Notes under the pieces: generated by a model
Databases searched by the model: none
Told to the model about the DNA's origin: nothing
Seen by the model: only the letters and a program-made list of their open reading frames with translations
Program-made: the position numbers and the translations under genes
Assembly: GCA_013289475.1 (NCBI GenBank)
Contig: JABCZW010000004.1
Span: 3,596 to 67,595 of the forward strand
Reading direction: 5' to 3'
DNA length: 64,000 bases
DNA from: Bacteroidota bacterium
GTDB lineage: Bacteria; Bacteroidota; Bacteroidia; JABEUT01
In this document: piece after piece, positions 26,566 through 36,548 of the stretch
How positions within the stretch are numbered: the first letter of the stretch is position 1
Layout of the letters: every line of letters starts with the position of its first letter

Positions 26566-28464
26566 TTATAAATTTTGTAAATGTTTTTTGTACCAGTGCT
26601 GAAATACTATCAGGCCCCAAACTCTTGCTACCGATTCCTGCGGGTTGTTTGAAAAGAGTTGCTGCTTTAATGCTTTAATAGCTGAAGGATTAAAAATCCC
26701 CTGTTCTTCAATATACGTATCGTTAAGCCATACAGTTTCAATTTTATCGCGCAATCCGGTTTTGAACCATTTTAATAATGGCACCTCAAAGCCATGTTTT
26801 TTACGGGTAAGAATTTCTTCGGGTAATAGGTGTGCAACCGCTTCTCTTAATATTCTCTTCTGGCTATCGGCTGTTATTTTGTATTCTGTTGGTAATGAAA
26901 AAAGAAAATTCACCAGCCTGTAATCCATCAAGGGCACACGCACTTCAAGGCTGTTAGCCATGCTCATTGAATCGGTTTTTACCAACATATCGTTTTGCAA
27001 TACCAATTGCACATCAGTAAATAATAGCGAATTAAAATCGTCGTTTATTCCTTTTAATAATTCGTGTTTTCTTATGTTGTTAGTTGTCTCCAGGATTCCT
27101 TTTTTATGAGCTAATAATTCCAAAGCTTCATTTGCTTTTGCAATTGATGCCCATCTCCAATACCTTTCTGCTGCATTCATTTTAGCACCTTCGGCAAAGC
27201 GTATGCCTTGCCTGGCAATATTGCCCAGCTTGCTGTTTCTCGATTGAGGCATCATGCGTAAAAAAGGCAGGGCCGTTGTAGTAAGTGTTTTGTAATAACC
27301 GGCATGTTGTAGTTTATATTCAGCCCGGTGCTTGTTGTAGCCAGCCATAAGTTCATCGCCGCCATCGCCCGAAAGTGCAACAGTAACATGCTCCCTGGTT
27401 TTGCGCGAAAGTATATGCATGGGTATAGCAGACGAATCTCCGAAAGGCTCATCAATAGCATCAAGTACTTTAAAGAGTTCATTGTACAGATCATCGCTAT
27501 CGAGCATAAAGGCATGATGATTTGTCTTCAGTTTTTTGCTCACCATTTCTGCATATCTGCTTTCATCAAACATCGGCTCATCTTTATAGCCAATGGAGAA
27601 AGTCATAAGGTCGGGCTTATGAATAGACGCCAATGCCGTAACCGCTGAGGAATCCAATCCACCACTAAGGAATGTGCCAAGTGGAACGTCAGATATAAGG
27701 CGCTTTTGCACTGCATCATCTAATAAATTGTAATACGTTTTCTTCGCCTCCTCAAACGAGCTGACAGTTATGGGTTCAGTTGCAGGGTATGCATTTTTAC
27801 AAAATGGTTTGAATGAAACAGGTTCACCAACTTTTATTTTGCAATAATGCCCTACAGGAAATTTCTTTACGCTTTCTAAAATAGTATCGGGGGCAGGTAT
27901 ATAATTGAGTTGAAGGTATTGTAGTAATGATGAATTATCAATTGCCTTGCTGATAGGATAGTTCAGCATGGCTTTCATTTCCGATGCAAAAATGAACTTG
28001 TCTTTATCGGTGGAGTAGAAGAGAGGTTTTATGCCGAACCTATCACGTGCAATAAACAATGTTTTTTCGTGCGTATCGAAAATGGCAAGTGTGAAAAAGC
28101 CATTCACATTTTCTAAAAATGCTTCTCCCTTGGTTATATATAATTGCAGCAAAACCTCCGTATCGCCACTGGTGCGGAATGAAATTCCTTGCTTTTGTAA
28201 TATTTCTTTATGCTCTTTATAATTGAAAAACTCACCATTATAAACCAGTACATATCTTTTATCGGCGCTGTAAAATGGTTGGTTCGAACCCGGGCTGGTA
28301 TCTATAATACTAAGGCGTGTCTGCCCAAGTGCGGCATGTTCATGGAAATAGGTTCCTTCATTGTCAGGCCCCCTATGGTGCAAAGCGGAAATAGCCTTGT
28401 TTAATGCCTCCCTGTAGTTTTCTGCGTTTTCAGTATGGGTAAAAATACCCGTTATGCCACACAC
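26566..28464 (-). CDS. asparagine synthase (glutamine-hydrolysing) family amidotransferase, paralogue 2
   Basis: 632 aa. Uses a GTG start followed by CGITG (Cys2 nucleophile) and has the PP-loop SGGLDSS. It is the first gene of the EPS block. Confidence 0.85.
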   Translation of the reverse strand: MCGITGIFTHTENAENYREALNKAISALHHRGPDNEGTYFHEHAALGQTRLSIIDTSPGSNQPFYSADKRYVLVYNGEFFNYKEHKEILQKQGISFRTSGDTEVLLQLYITKGEAFLENVNGFFTLAIFDTHEKTLFIARDRFGIKPLFYSTDKDKFIFASEMKAMLNYPISKAIDNSSLLQYLQLNYIPAPDTILESVKKFPVGHYCKIKVGEPVSFKPFCKNAYPATEPITVSSFEEAKKTYYNLLDDAVQKRLISDVPLGTFLSGGLDSSAVTALASIHKPDLMTFSIGYKDEPMFDESRYAEMVSKKLKTNHHAFMLDSDDLYNELFKVLDAIDEPFGDSSAIPMHILSRKTREHVTVALSGDGGDELMAGYNKHRAEYKLQHAGYYKTLTTTALPFLRMMPQSRNSKLGNIARQGIRFAEGAKMNAAERYWRWASIAKANEALELLAHKKGILETTNNIRKHELLKGINDDFNSLLFTDVQLVLQNDMLVKTDSMSMANSLEVRVPLMDYRLVNFLFSLPTEYKITADSQKRILREAVAHLLPEEILTRKKHGFEVPLLKWFKTGLRDKIETVWLNDTYIEEQGIFNPSAIKALKQQLFSNNPQESVARVWGLIVFQHWYKKHLQNL

Positions 28465-28520
28465 CTTTGTTGTATAAGTATTGTTCTTACTTCAAAAATA
28501 CAGATAAAATGGCACTTGTA

Positions 28521-28597
28521 AGCCCCAAACCCCTAAAGGGGCTTTGAAATAAGTTACAGCTATATTGACTTTTAAGCCCCTTTAGGGGTTTGGGGCT
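28521..28597. repeat. perfect 24-bp inverted repeat with a 29-bp spacer (nested palindrome)
   Basis: AGCCCCAAACCCCTAAAGGGGCTT (28521-28544) is the exact reverse complement of AAGCCCCTTTAGGGGTTTGGGGCT (28574-28597). Each arm is itself self-complementary (AGCCCC...GGGGCT). Confidence 0.9.
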
Positions 28598-28652
28598 GAA
28601 ATTAGAACGAATTGCCACTATATTGATATTTTTGCCGTAAATAATTTGCCTT

Positions 28653-29984
28653 ATGATAAAAGCTAATGACCCAGGTTTACAATCGTGGATTGAAGTTCCC
28701 GCCAACAGTGATTTCCCTATTCAAAATTTGCCTTTTGGGGTAGGGGCCTTAACTTCTCTATTACATAACGGGCAAGGTGAAATTCTATCCATAGGAGGAG
28801 ACTTGGCAGAGGTAGACCTGGGGGGACCGGTAACCATAATTGGTAATACAGTTATAAGCCTTGAAGCATTGCAGGCCATAGGTTATTTATCTTCATTGAA
28901 TTTGCCGGAGGGAGTATTCAGTACCCAATACTTAAATGAATTTATTGAGTTAGGCAAACCTGTATGGAGGGCATTGAGAGACAGGCTTTCGGAGATATTC
29001 AGAAAAGATAACCCTGAGTTAAGAGATGATAAAGAGGCAAGGAAGAAATGTCTTTTTAATGTAGCTGATGTGCAAATGTTAATGCCTGTAAAAATTGGCG
29101 ATTACACCGATTTTTATTCGAGTAAAGAACATGCTACCAATGTAGGTACTATGTTCCGTGATCCGAAGAATGCACTGTTGCCAAACTGGTTGCACTTGCC
29201 TGTTGCATATCATGGCAGAGCCTCTTCTGTTATTGTATCCGGGCAAAATTTTCATCGCCCTAAAGGACAAATGACTCCACCCAATACCGAAACACCTGTG
29301 TTTGGCCCGACAAAAGCATTAGATATTGAATTGGAAACGGCATTTATAATTGGCAAATCAACTGAGCTTGGTCAATCTGTAAGTACAAAAGATGCCGAAG
29401 ATCATATTTTTGGAATGGTATTGTTTAATGATTGGTCGGCACGAGATATACAGCGCTGGGAATATGTGCCACTGGGCCCGTTCCTTGCCAAAAATTTTGC
29501 ATCAACCATATCACCCTGGATAGTTACACTGGATGCGCTGGAGCCTTTCCGTGTAAAAGCGCCTGAACAGCAAACACCTGTTTTGCCTTATTTGCAGCAT
29601 GCACCGGGCAATACAGCAGTAGATATTAATTTAGAAGTTTACCTGCAACCTGAAAATACAGATGCATTAAAAATTTGTACATCGAACTACAAGTATATGT
29701 ACTGGACTATGGACCAGCAACTGGCGCATCATACTGTAAATGGTTGTAATATAAATGTGGGCGATATGATGGCATCGGGTACTATTAGCGGACCCACGCC
29801 TGATTCGTTTGGTTCATTATTAGAGATTACCTGGGGTGGAGCGAATCCTATAAAATTCCCTAACGGGACAGAACGTAAATATTTGCAGGACGGCGATACA
29901 GTTATTATTAAGGGTTATGCCAAAAATGATAATGTACGTATAGGTTTTGGTGAGGCTAAAGCCAAGGTGTTACCTGCTTTATAG
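28653..29984 (+). CDS. fumarylacetoacetase
   Basis: 443 aa with N-terminal SDFPIQNLPFGV and C-terminal FAH-fold motifs (DWSARDIQRWEYVPLGPF). Confidence 0.88.
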   Translation: MIKANDPGLQSWIEVPANSDFPIQNLPFGVGALTSLLHNGQGEILSIGGDLAEVDLGGPVTIIGNTVISLEALQAIGYLSSLNLPEGVFSTQYLNEFIELGKPVWRALRDRLSEIFRKDNPELRDDKEARKKCLFNVADVQMLMPVKIGDYTDFYSSKEHATNVGTMFRDPKNALLPNWLHLPVAYHGRASSVIVSGQNFHRPKGQMTPPNTETPVFGPTKALDIELETAFIIGKSTELGQSVSTKDAEDHIFGMVLFNDWSARDIQRWEYVPLGPFLAKNFASTISPWIVTLDALEPFRVKAPEQQTPVLPYLQHAPGNTAVDINLEVYLQPENTDALKICTSNYKYMYWTMDQQLAHHTVNGCNINVGDMMASGTISGPTPDSFGSLLEITWGGANPIKFPNGTERKYLQDGDTVIIKGYAKNDNVRIGFGEAKAKVLPAL

Positions 29985-30926
29985 TTTCACTCCTATAACC
30001 AGCACATCATCTACTTGTTCCAAATCTCTTTTCCATTCCTGGAAGGTATTGTCAAGTATCTCTTTTTGAGCCTGCATGTTGACCGGTTTAAGCTCTGTAA
30101 AAACCTGTTTCAGGTTTTTGTACATAAACTTTTTTCCCTTGGTACCTCCAAACTGGTCCATATAACCATCGCTGAACATATAAAGCGTATCGCCCTCGTG
30201 TAATTGACGGGTGTGAGTTGTAAAGGGTAAATACCTTTCATATCTGCCTACTGGCTGCTTGTCTCCGTTAATTTCAAACATCTCTCCGTTACGGAAATAG
30301 AGTAATGGGTTATTGGCACCGCTCCATTCAATTAATAATGTTTTTTTATTTATGGCGCATAATGATATATCCATTCCGTCATTCATATCCACTTCCGATC
30401 CATTAAAAGCACGAAGCACCATGTCTCTTACTTTATCGAGTATTTTACCGGGTTCTTTAATGCCATACTCAACAACTGCTTTGCTTAAGAGAGCACAACA
30501 TACCATGGTCAACATGGCGCCTGGCACACCATGCCCTGTGCAGTCGGCGGCAGCCAGAAACACGGTGTCGCCAACTTCTTCAAACCAGCAAAAATCGCCT
30601 GAAACTATTTCTTTGGGTAAGTGGTAAACAAACGATTCAGGAAATACATTTTTTAAATTATCCTTGCAGGGGATAATAGCATCCTGTAAAGTTTTAGCAT
30701 AAGTTAAACTGTCATTTTTATCTTTTATAATTTCTTCTATTTGTGCTATGTAATTGTTCTGGTGGAAGTCTATAGGGCTGCTTGCTTTAAAACCTCTGGC
30801 AATAGAGTATACCGGTTTTTCTCTCGTGTAATTGGTAGTGCTTTCTATCCCTGTATAAGGTGGGGCTGAGCTTGTACGCCTGGCAGAAGCGTTGATGTGA
30901 TGGTAGGGTTTCATGGCGTTTTGCAT
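29979..30926 (-). CDS. PP2C/SpoIIE-family serine phosphatase
   Basis: 315 aa with AADCTGHGVPGAM and a C-terminal DDVLVIGVKL. Confidence 0.8.
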   Translation of the reverse strand: MQNAMKPYHHINASARRTSSAPPYTGIESTTNYTREKPVYSIARGFKASSPIDFHQNNYIAQIEEIIKDKNDSLTYAKTLQDAIIPCKDNLKNVFPESFVYHLPKEIVSGDFCWFEEVGDTVFLAAADCTGHGVPGAMLTMVCCALLSKAVVEYGIKEPGKILDKVRDMVLRAFNGSEVDMNDGMDISLCAINKKTLLIEWSGANNPLLYFRNGEMFEINGDKQPVGRYERYLPFTTHTRQLHEGDTLYMFSDGYMDQFGGTKGKKFMYKNLKQVFTELKPVNMQAQKEILDNTFQEWKRDLEQVDDVLVIGVKL

Positions 30927-31068
30927 TAATTAGTTTGTATTTATTTAATTACAAAACAAAGGTAGTTCGGGGAAAGGGCCTTTTTATTGGCTATGTAGTG
31001 AGATGTGGTAAACTGTGTAATGAACTGCTAAAACTGCGTAATAGATTAAGCGGTTATAGTTTTTGCGA

Positions 31069-32439
31069 TTATTGCTTTATAAACTTCAAATATGTAAACT
31101 CATTGGCATTGCTGCATTTCAGGAAGTAGATACCATTTGCCAGCCAATCAATATTAAGCTGAAAGGTATTATTGCCTTTCTGTAACCCGGTAGTATAAAT
31201 GCCGGCAATATGGCCGGCCATGTCAATTATTTCTAATTCTTCTACTGTAGTTATTTGCGAATAATAATTCAAAAATAATGTTGAATGTACCGGGTTGGGG
31301 TAGATGCTGAAAGAATATTTTGGGTTTATATTTATGGTTTGTATTTCAGAATAGGTTGATTGCCCGTCAAAGTTTGTTTGTTTAAGCCTGTAATATGATG
31401 TGCCTGTATATGGTGTTTCATCAACTGCTTTATAATAAAGAATTTTGGTACTGTTGCCCGCACCCGCTATTTTGGTTACAGTATCATAATCGATTCCATT
31501 AACTGTCTTCTCAATAGTGAATTCCTTATTGTTTATTTCTGAAGCTGTAGACCAGGTTAGGTCTACCATGCCCTGGCTGTTTAACTGTGCCTGAAAAGAT
31601 AATAACTCAATTGGCAGGGGGTTTGAAACCGCGTTCGTGGAGCCAAAAGCAAATGGGCTGAAGCTGGAAACCGGAATAGAAGTAATATTACCTGCACTCC
31701 CTGCTGTCATTGCAGTATGGCCTTTATCCTCCCACGCAGTACCATTGAAGTGTGCAATTCGTAATGTGGTGTCGTATGTTTGTATGCCGCTTGCTAACGC
31801 ATTTTGCCAGTATAACGTTGTATTTACCGCATCACCCGCAACGCTTTCCGATAGTGTCCAGAATTCAATGGTGCTTACATTGGCAAGCGGAGCATTTAAG
31901 GAAGTTGTGTTGGTGTAAGCACTATGAAAATATTGTGCAGTAAGTGTATTTGTAATGGTAGCCGGAGCAGTAACACCAAGCCTTGCCCAGGTGGAACCAT
32001 TACCTAATGGAAATACAAAAGCAGTATTCCCTTTTTTTGCCATTGGCCCATCAACAAATGATGTTGCATTGCCGCTTGTTGATGTTGCTCCTGCATTAAG
32101 TGTGAGTATATTAGTTGCTGTGGTTTTTAAAATACCGCCGGTGAGTGTCAGTGTACCTCTGATATTTTCAGGTGTGGCCAGTGTTATTCCTCCGCTTGTA
32201 TTATTAAGTGTTAGATTGTTAAAGGTAACAGTGTTTGTGCCACCGATATTTTGAGCTGCGTTGCCACTAATACTAACTACTACTGCCGAATCTACAAAAG
32301 AACCGTTATTGATAAAACTACCAAAGAAGGAAATATTAGCTCCGTTGTGAATAGTAAAATTGCCATTGTTCGTAAACTGGCTTTGTGCCAATGCACCAAT
32401 GCTTAGAACAAGTGAGATTAATGTGGTTATCTTTTTCAT
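31069..32439 (-). CDS. T9SS type A sorting-domain-containing secreted protein
   Basis: 456 aa. Has a signal peptide, an Asn/Thr/Gly-rich beta-helix-like N-terminal region, and a C-terminal YPNPV...GIYFLK...KFIKQ sorting domain. Confidence 0.8.
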   Translation of the reverse strand: MKKITTLISLVLSIGALAQSQFTNNGNFTIHNGANISFFGSFINNGSFVDSAVVVSISGNAAQNIGGTNTVTFNNLTLNNTSGGITLATPENIRGTLTLTGGILKTTATNILTLNAGATSTSGNATSFVDGPMAKKGNTAFVFPLGNGSTWARLGVTAPATITNTLTAQYFHSAYTNTTSLNAPLANVSTIEFWTLSESVAGDAVNTTLYWQNALASGIQTYDTTLRIAHFNGTAWEDKGHTAMTAGSAGNITSIPVSSFSPFAFGSTNAVSNPLPIELLSFQAQLNSQGMVDLTWSTASEINNKEFTIEKTVNGIDYDTVTKIAGAGNSTKILYYKAVDETPYTGTSYYRLKQTNFDGQSTYSEIQTININPKYSFSIYPNPVHSTLFLNYYSQITTVEELEIIDMAGHIAGIYTTGLQKGNNTFQLNIDWLANGIYFLKCSNANEFTYLKFIKQ

Positions 32440-32442
32440 GAT

Positions 32443-33861
32443 TTATTTTATTGTAATGTTCATGGTTTGAGCAGTAATACCCGTATTATCTGTATTATTT
32501 TCTACCCAAACCTCAATATAATCATTAGGGTTAAGGAGCACAGTGCATAAAACAGGTACGGCTTGCTCGTCATTGCCGGTGGTTATTTTAGTAAACACCC
32601 CCGACTCTGGTAGCTGAACCCCATTTTTAAAAATAAAGAACGAATAATTCTTATTGTTTCCGGTTGAGGTAAAGGATACAGAGCATGTTACTATAAATGA
32701 TTGAGTTTTTCTTCCTGTATATGTTAGCCTGTTATTTGTAGGTGCTGTAACCCTAAACAGGTTTGTTGATGTAGTTGTTCCAAGTATTTTGGTTGGAGTG
32801 TTGTTGGCAGTAAAAGTTGTTACAGCAGGTGTTGTTATATAAAAATTGCCAGTGGCCTCATCATCTTTTTGGGTATTTAGCCCAATAGATTCAACTTCCC
32901 AATTATCTGTAAATGTACCTATAGAATAAGTGCCCGTTCCTGTATACAACAGCATTTTAAGCGAGCCATTAGCTATAGAGCTTATACCCGAAACATTTAT
33001 ACCGGTTGCGGTGTTAGTTGAACTTACATTACGCCCGCCACCCAGCAGTTGTATTATATTAAACTTGCCTGTAAAGGTTTCATAAGTATTATGGTTAGAT
33101 ATATCCCAAAAGTTATCATATATTCCAACAACACTATCGTTTTGAAAAGTGATACCATTAGTGTTGGCAAAATAGACAATATTGGAAAAAAAAACTTTAC
33201 CACCCACGCTTTGTATTGTTCCTAAACTATTGCAACCAATCATGTTGCAGTTTTGTACCAGCAGGTTTTTGATGGCGCCACTTGCATTTATATTAAATAA
33301 GCTTCCTGCAGGAGCTGATAGAGTAAGTGATAGAACACTTCCTGTATTTGCCCCTGTAAATAATTCTGAAGCGCCTGTGTAAACTAATTTATCATTTAAC
33401 CCATCGGCCCCTGTTATTTTGCATCCATTCAGGTCAATTTTATTTGTAAGTGTAATTGTGCCATTTATTTCGTACAGGGTTCCTGCAACTAATGTTATAA
33501 CCCCACTTACCGGGGCCGGGAAATCGGAAGCGGATTTTACCAGCACGTAATTTGTCCTTGTGTTGGCAGATGTAGTAATGGCCAGCCATTTACTTCCATT
33601 CCAAACATAAAAGCCATCGGCTACAGTTCCGCCTGTACTGTAAATAAGCATACCTGCAGGAACGGTGCCTGAAAGCGGAGCGACTGCATTAATACTATTT
33701 AGTGCCATTCGCGGCGCCAAAAATCCCTGGTTGGTACTCTCCAGCTCAAATAAGGAGTTTGTATTAATTGTGTTTGGGTTGTTACCTACTTTTACTTGTG
33801 CCGCTGTGGTAATTATTAATCCAAGAAATAAGCAGATACTTAAGAGGGTTTTAGTTTTCAT
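32443..33861 (-). CDS. secreted hypothetical protein
   Basis: 472 aa. Has a signal peptide (TTAAQ) and the N-terminal motif VGNNPNTINTNSLFELESTNQGFLAPRM. I saw no T9SS C-terminal domain. It lies 3 nt upstream of the T9SS cargo gene. Confidence 0.65.
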   Translation of the reverse strand: MKTKTLLSICLFLGLIITTAAQVKVGNNPNTINTNSLFELESTNQGFLAPRMALNSINAVAPLSGTVPAGMLIYSTGGTVADGFYVWNGSKWLAITTSANTRTNYVLVKSASDFPAPVSGVITLVAGTLYEINGTITLTNKIDLNGCKITGADGLNDKLVYTGASELFTGANTGSVLSLTLSAPAGSLFNINASGAIKNLLVQNCNMIGCNSLGTIQSVGGKVFFSNIVYFANTNGITFQNDSVVGIYDNFWDISNHNTYETFTGKFNIIQLLGGGRNVSSTNTATGINVSGISSIANGSLKMLLYTGTGTYSIGTFTDNWEVESIGLNTQKDDEATGNFYITTPAVTTFTANNTPTKILGTTTSTNLFRVTAPTNNRLTYTGRKTQSFIVTCSVSFTSTGNNKNYSFFIFKNGVQLPESGVFTKITTGNDEQAVPVLCTVLLNPNDYIEVWVENNTDNTGITAQTMNITIK

Positions 33862-34104
33862 ATATGTAGTTTAAATAATCAGTTCATGATTAGAGAACAA
33901 AAGTGATGACATTCGATTTATAAAGTATTATGCCATTAAAAGAGAATCTTACACATATTACATCTTTCAGTAGCCAATTGAAATTTGTTAATAATGCCGG
34001 AACAAATGTCAGCATGCTTTACACTATATACATTGATGATGTAACGAACCAGGGTAACGTATGTAACCAAACAGGTAAATGGTGTTGTAAAATATTTGCT
34101 GATT

Positions 34105-35565
34105 TTATAAAGCCTCGCCTGCATTAGGCAGCTTAATGGTAAAAGTGCTTCCCTTCAAGGGTTCGCTTTGCACCTGTATAGTTCCTTTTAGCCTTTCTAC
34201 CAGTTTTTTTACAATATATAAACCCAGGCCAGAACCATTGGCTCTGGGGTCGCCTTTAAAGAACATGTCAAATACTTTCGACCGTACTTCTTCATTCATA
34301 CCTGTGCCGTTGTCTTCTATGGTAATAATAATACCCGTATCGGTATTTTTTGCATTTATTTTAATAAATGAATTGGGTGAATCTCTTCTGTACTTAATTG
34401 CATTATTAAATAAGTTGTAAATAATAGAGTGCAAATACTGTTTATCGCAATAAAAATCTCCATCTACATTAATATCTGTTGAAACCTTTACTTTCATGAG
34501 CCCGGGTATATTATCTAAAGAGCGTATGATCTGTTCAACAGTATCTTCCAGGTCAATTTTTTCCATCGTGGTCTCAGAACGGTTTACCCGTTGCAGGTTA
34601 AGTAACGACATCAGCTGGTCTTCTATCTTCCGGTACGAGCGGTGTATTTTGTCAATATAATCAAGCGCTATTGTATCATTTACTTTAACCGAGGCCAGGT
34701 ATATATAGTTTTTTGCTGAATTGATCGGGCCGCGCAGGTCATGGCTCATTTGGTAAATGAGCATATTCAGTTGTTCTATTTTGGCTTCTGTTATTTTACG
34801 CGTCGAAATATCTTTCGATATTCCGTAAACCCGTATAAGTTTTCCTTCTTCATTTTTAACGGTATGAAGAAGTGTATGTAATATGCTTATTTTTCCATCA
34901 TCGGCACGTACTATGCGATACTCAATATCTAATGATTTTCCTTTTGTTTCGGTATCGGTAATTTGCTTGTAAACATTGTCCCTGTCTTCAGGATGAATAA
35001 GCCCTATATAAGCTATAAAACTGGCCGGAAAATCGGAGCTTACACCAAAAAGTTTACGCAGGCCCTCCGACCAGAAAATTTCATTCGTAACAAAATCGGC
35101 GTTCCAGTTTCCTATTTTGGCCATGTACTGTGCTTCAGAAAGGAGGCGTTCTGTTTGAACAACTTTCTCCTGGGCACTTTTTCGTTCAGTAATATCTCTT
35201 ACAATACCTTCTACTTTAACCAACTTACCATCATTATCAAGTGTAGGAATTATTTTTCCTTCTATCCACTTTATGTTTTTGTTTTTATGAATGATGCGGT
35301 ACTGGTTAAAAACCATTCTTCCACTTAACAGTTCATCGTCGTTGGTTTCAATAATATGTTTATCATCAGGGTGTATTACCTCTTTCCATAAATTTATATT
35401 GCCTATAAACTCAGCCTGTGTATATCCATACATTCTTTCGCATGCCTGCGACATTTGCAATACCCGGTATTCTTTCATATCGACTGAAAAAAACACTTCA
35501 TCAACATATTCGAAGAGATGTTCGGGGTCGCTGAATGTTTTTTTTAATTCCACAGCGTTACTCAT
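34105..35565 (-). CDS. cytoplasmic PAS-domain sensor histidine kinase
   Basis: 486 aa. Two PAS/PAC segments, the H-box MSHDLRGP and the ATPase boxes NNAIKY, DNGTGM and GSGLGL. No TM helices. Confidence 0.85.
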   Translation of the reverse strand: MSNAVELKKTFSDPEHLFEYVDEVFFSVDMKEYRVLQMSQACERMYGYTQAEFIGNINLWKEVIHPDDKHIIETNDDELLSGRMVFNQYRIIHKNKNIKWIEGKIIPTLDNDGKLVKVEGIVRDITERKSAQEKVVQTERLLSEAQYMAKIGNWNADFVTNEIFWSEGLRKLFGVSSDFPASFIAYIGLIHPEDRDNVYKQITDTETKGKSLDIEYRIVRADDGKISILHTLLHTVKNEEGKLIRVYGISKDISTRKITEAKIEQLNMLIYQMSHDLRGPINSAKNYIYLASVKVNDTIALDYIDKIHRSYRKIEDQLMSLLNLQRVNRSETTMEKIDLEDTVEQIIRSLDNIPGLMKVKVSTDINVDGDFYCDKQYLHSIIYNLFNNAIKYRRDSPNSFIKINAKNTDTGIIITIEDNGTGMNEEVRSKVFDMFFKGDPRANGSGLGLYIVKKLVERLKGTIQVQSEPLKGSTFTIKLPNAGEAL

Positions 35566-36278
35566 AATTGTCTGTGAAACATTAGTTTAAGTAACGCTTC
35601 TTTATATATGGGGCTAAGGGTAATTTCGCCGGGTATGCCATTTGGTTTTGCATTCTTTAATGTAAGTGTGTCATGTTCAATTTCATGTATGGCATGCATG
35701 GCTACCAATTGATGCCTGTTAGCTTTAACCAAATGGGGGGCAGCCAACATCAGGTCTTCCAGTTTGTAATCCATCAGGGTATATTTTATTCCCCCGTTCA
35801 TAATAAGGCATTTATTGCGTGAGTCAACCTCATCGGTTGTAACGTATAAAAAATCGGGTAAATAGAGTTTTATTTTTTTGCTGCACTCTGCTATGTTAAA
35901 TAAACCGTATTCTATCTTATCGCCTATCTGTTTGTATGCTTTTTCAAATGCGTAATCAAGCCTCTCCTTGTTAAACGGTTTAGTTACAATATCAATAGGT
36001 TTTAAGTTAAGGGCTTCCTTTAGTTTGTCTTCGCTGCCGGTAATAAAAATATAAGGTTTATTGCCAAGTACCTGTGCCACTACCAGACCATTTATTCCCG
36101 GCATGCTAATATCTAAAAGGCAAAGGTCGAAATTGATCACGGGGGCTTCTTTAATGAATTTCGCTGGGTCAAGATAAGTGCGATCGATATTTACTATGCT
36201 GGAGTTTTCGTAGAGATCCTTAAGTATCTCGTGCATACTTTCATCATCGTCAACAACAGCTACGTTAAGTTTCTTCAT
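35562..36278 (-). CDS. LytTR-family response regulator
   Basis: 238 aa. REC domain (VAVVDDD, LLDISMPGINGL) plus a C-terminal LytTR-type domain. There is a 4-nt ATGA overlap with the kinase gene. Confidence 0.82.
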   Translation of the reverse strand: MKKLNVAVVDDDESMHEILKDLYENSSIVNIDRTYLDPAKFIKEAPVINFDLCLLDISMPGINGLVVAQVLGNKPYIFITGSEDKLKEALNLKPIDIVTKPFNKERLDYAFEKAYKQIGDKIEYGLFNIAECSKKIKLYLPDFLYVTTDEVDSRNKCLIMNGGIKYTLMDYKLEDLMLAAPHLVKANRHQLVAMHAIHEIEHDTLTLKNAKPNGIPGEITLSPIYKEALLKLMFHRQL

Positions 36279-36548
36279 ATCAGGGTAAGTATTAAAATGT
36301 GTATTAGTGATTGTTTTTCAAAACTCGTCAACCCCCGACCGGTTAAGCATGATAACTCACAGTAAACGTGTATGATTTATATCATGGCATTTGATATTTG
36401 TCAATATAATCAGCCATTTGCCGACACCAATGAAAGCAGAAACTTACCTCTCTGCCTTATTGAAGGAGCTATCTGCTGAATAATCAGGCGAAAACATTTA
36501 TAGGCAAATCTTCATCTTACCTTCAGTTAGCTTATATATATTCGTATT

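Noticed and set aside
28521-28597. Idea that the inverted repeats flank an invertible (phase-variable) promoter for the EPS operon, as in Bacteroides capsule loci
   Set aside because: The segment between the arms is only 29 bp, contains no convincing TAnnTTTG box in either orientation, and is far shorter than known invertible promoter segments. No recombinase gene is nearby.
28487-28705. 72-aa ORF spanning the asnB/FAH intergenic region
   Set aside because: Its sequence (PLKGLKS...SPFRGLGL) is simply the translation of the 24-bp inverted-repeat element, and it overlaps the FAH start. It is not a credible gene.
29979-29984. 6-nt convergent overlap of the FAH and PP2C phosphatase stop codons (TTATAG)
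   Set aside because: The overlap is real, but it is a trivial consequence of compact gene packing, and no additional signal surrounds it.
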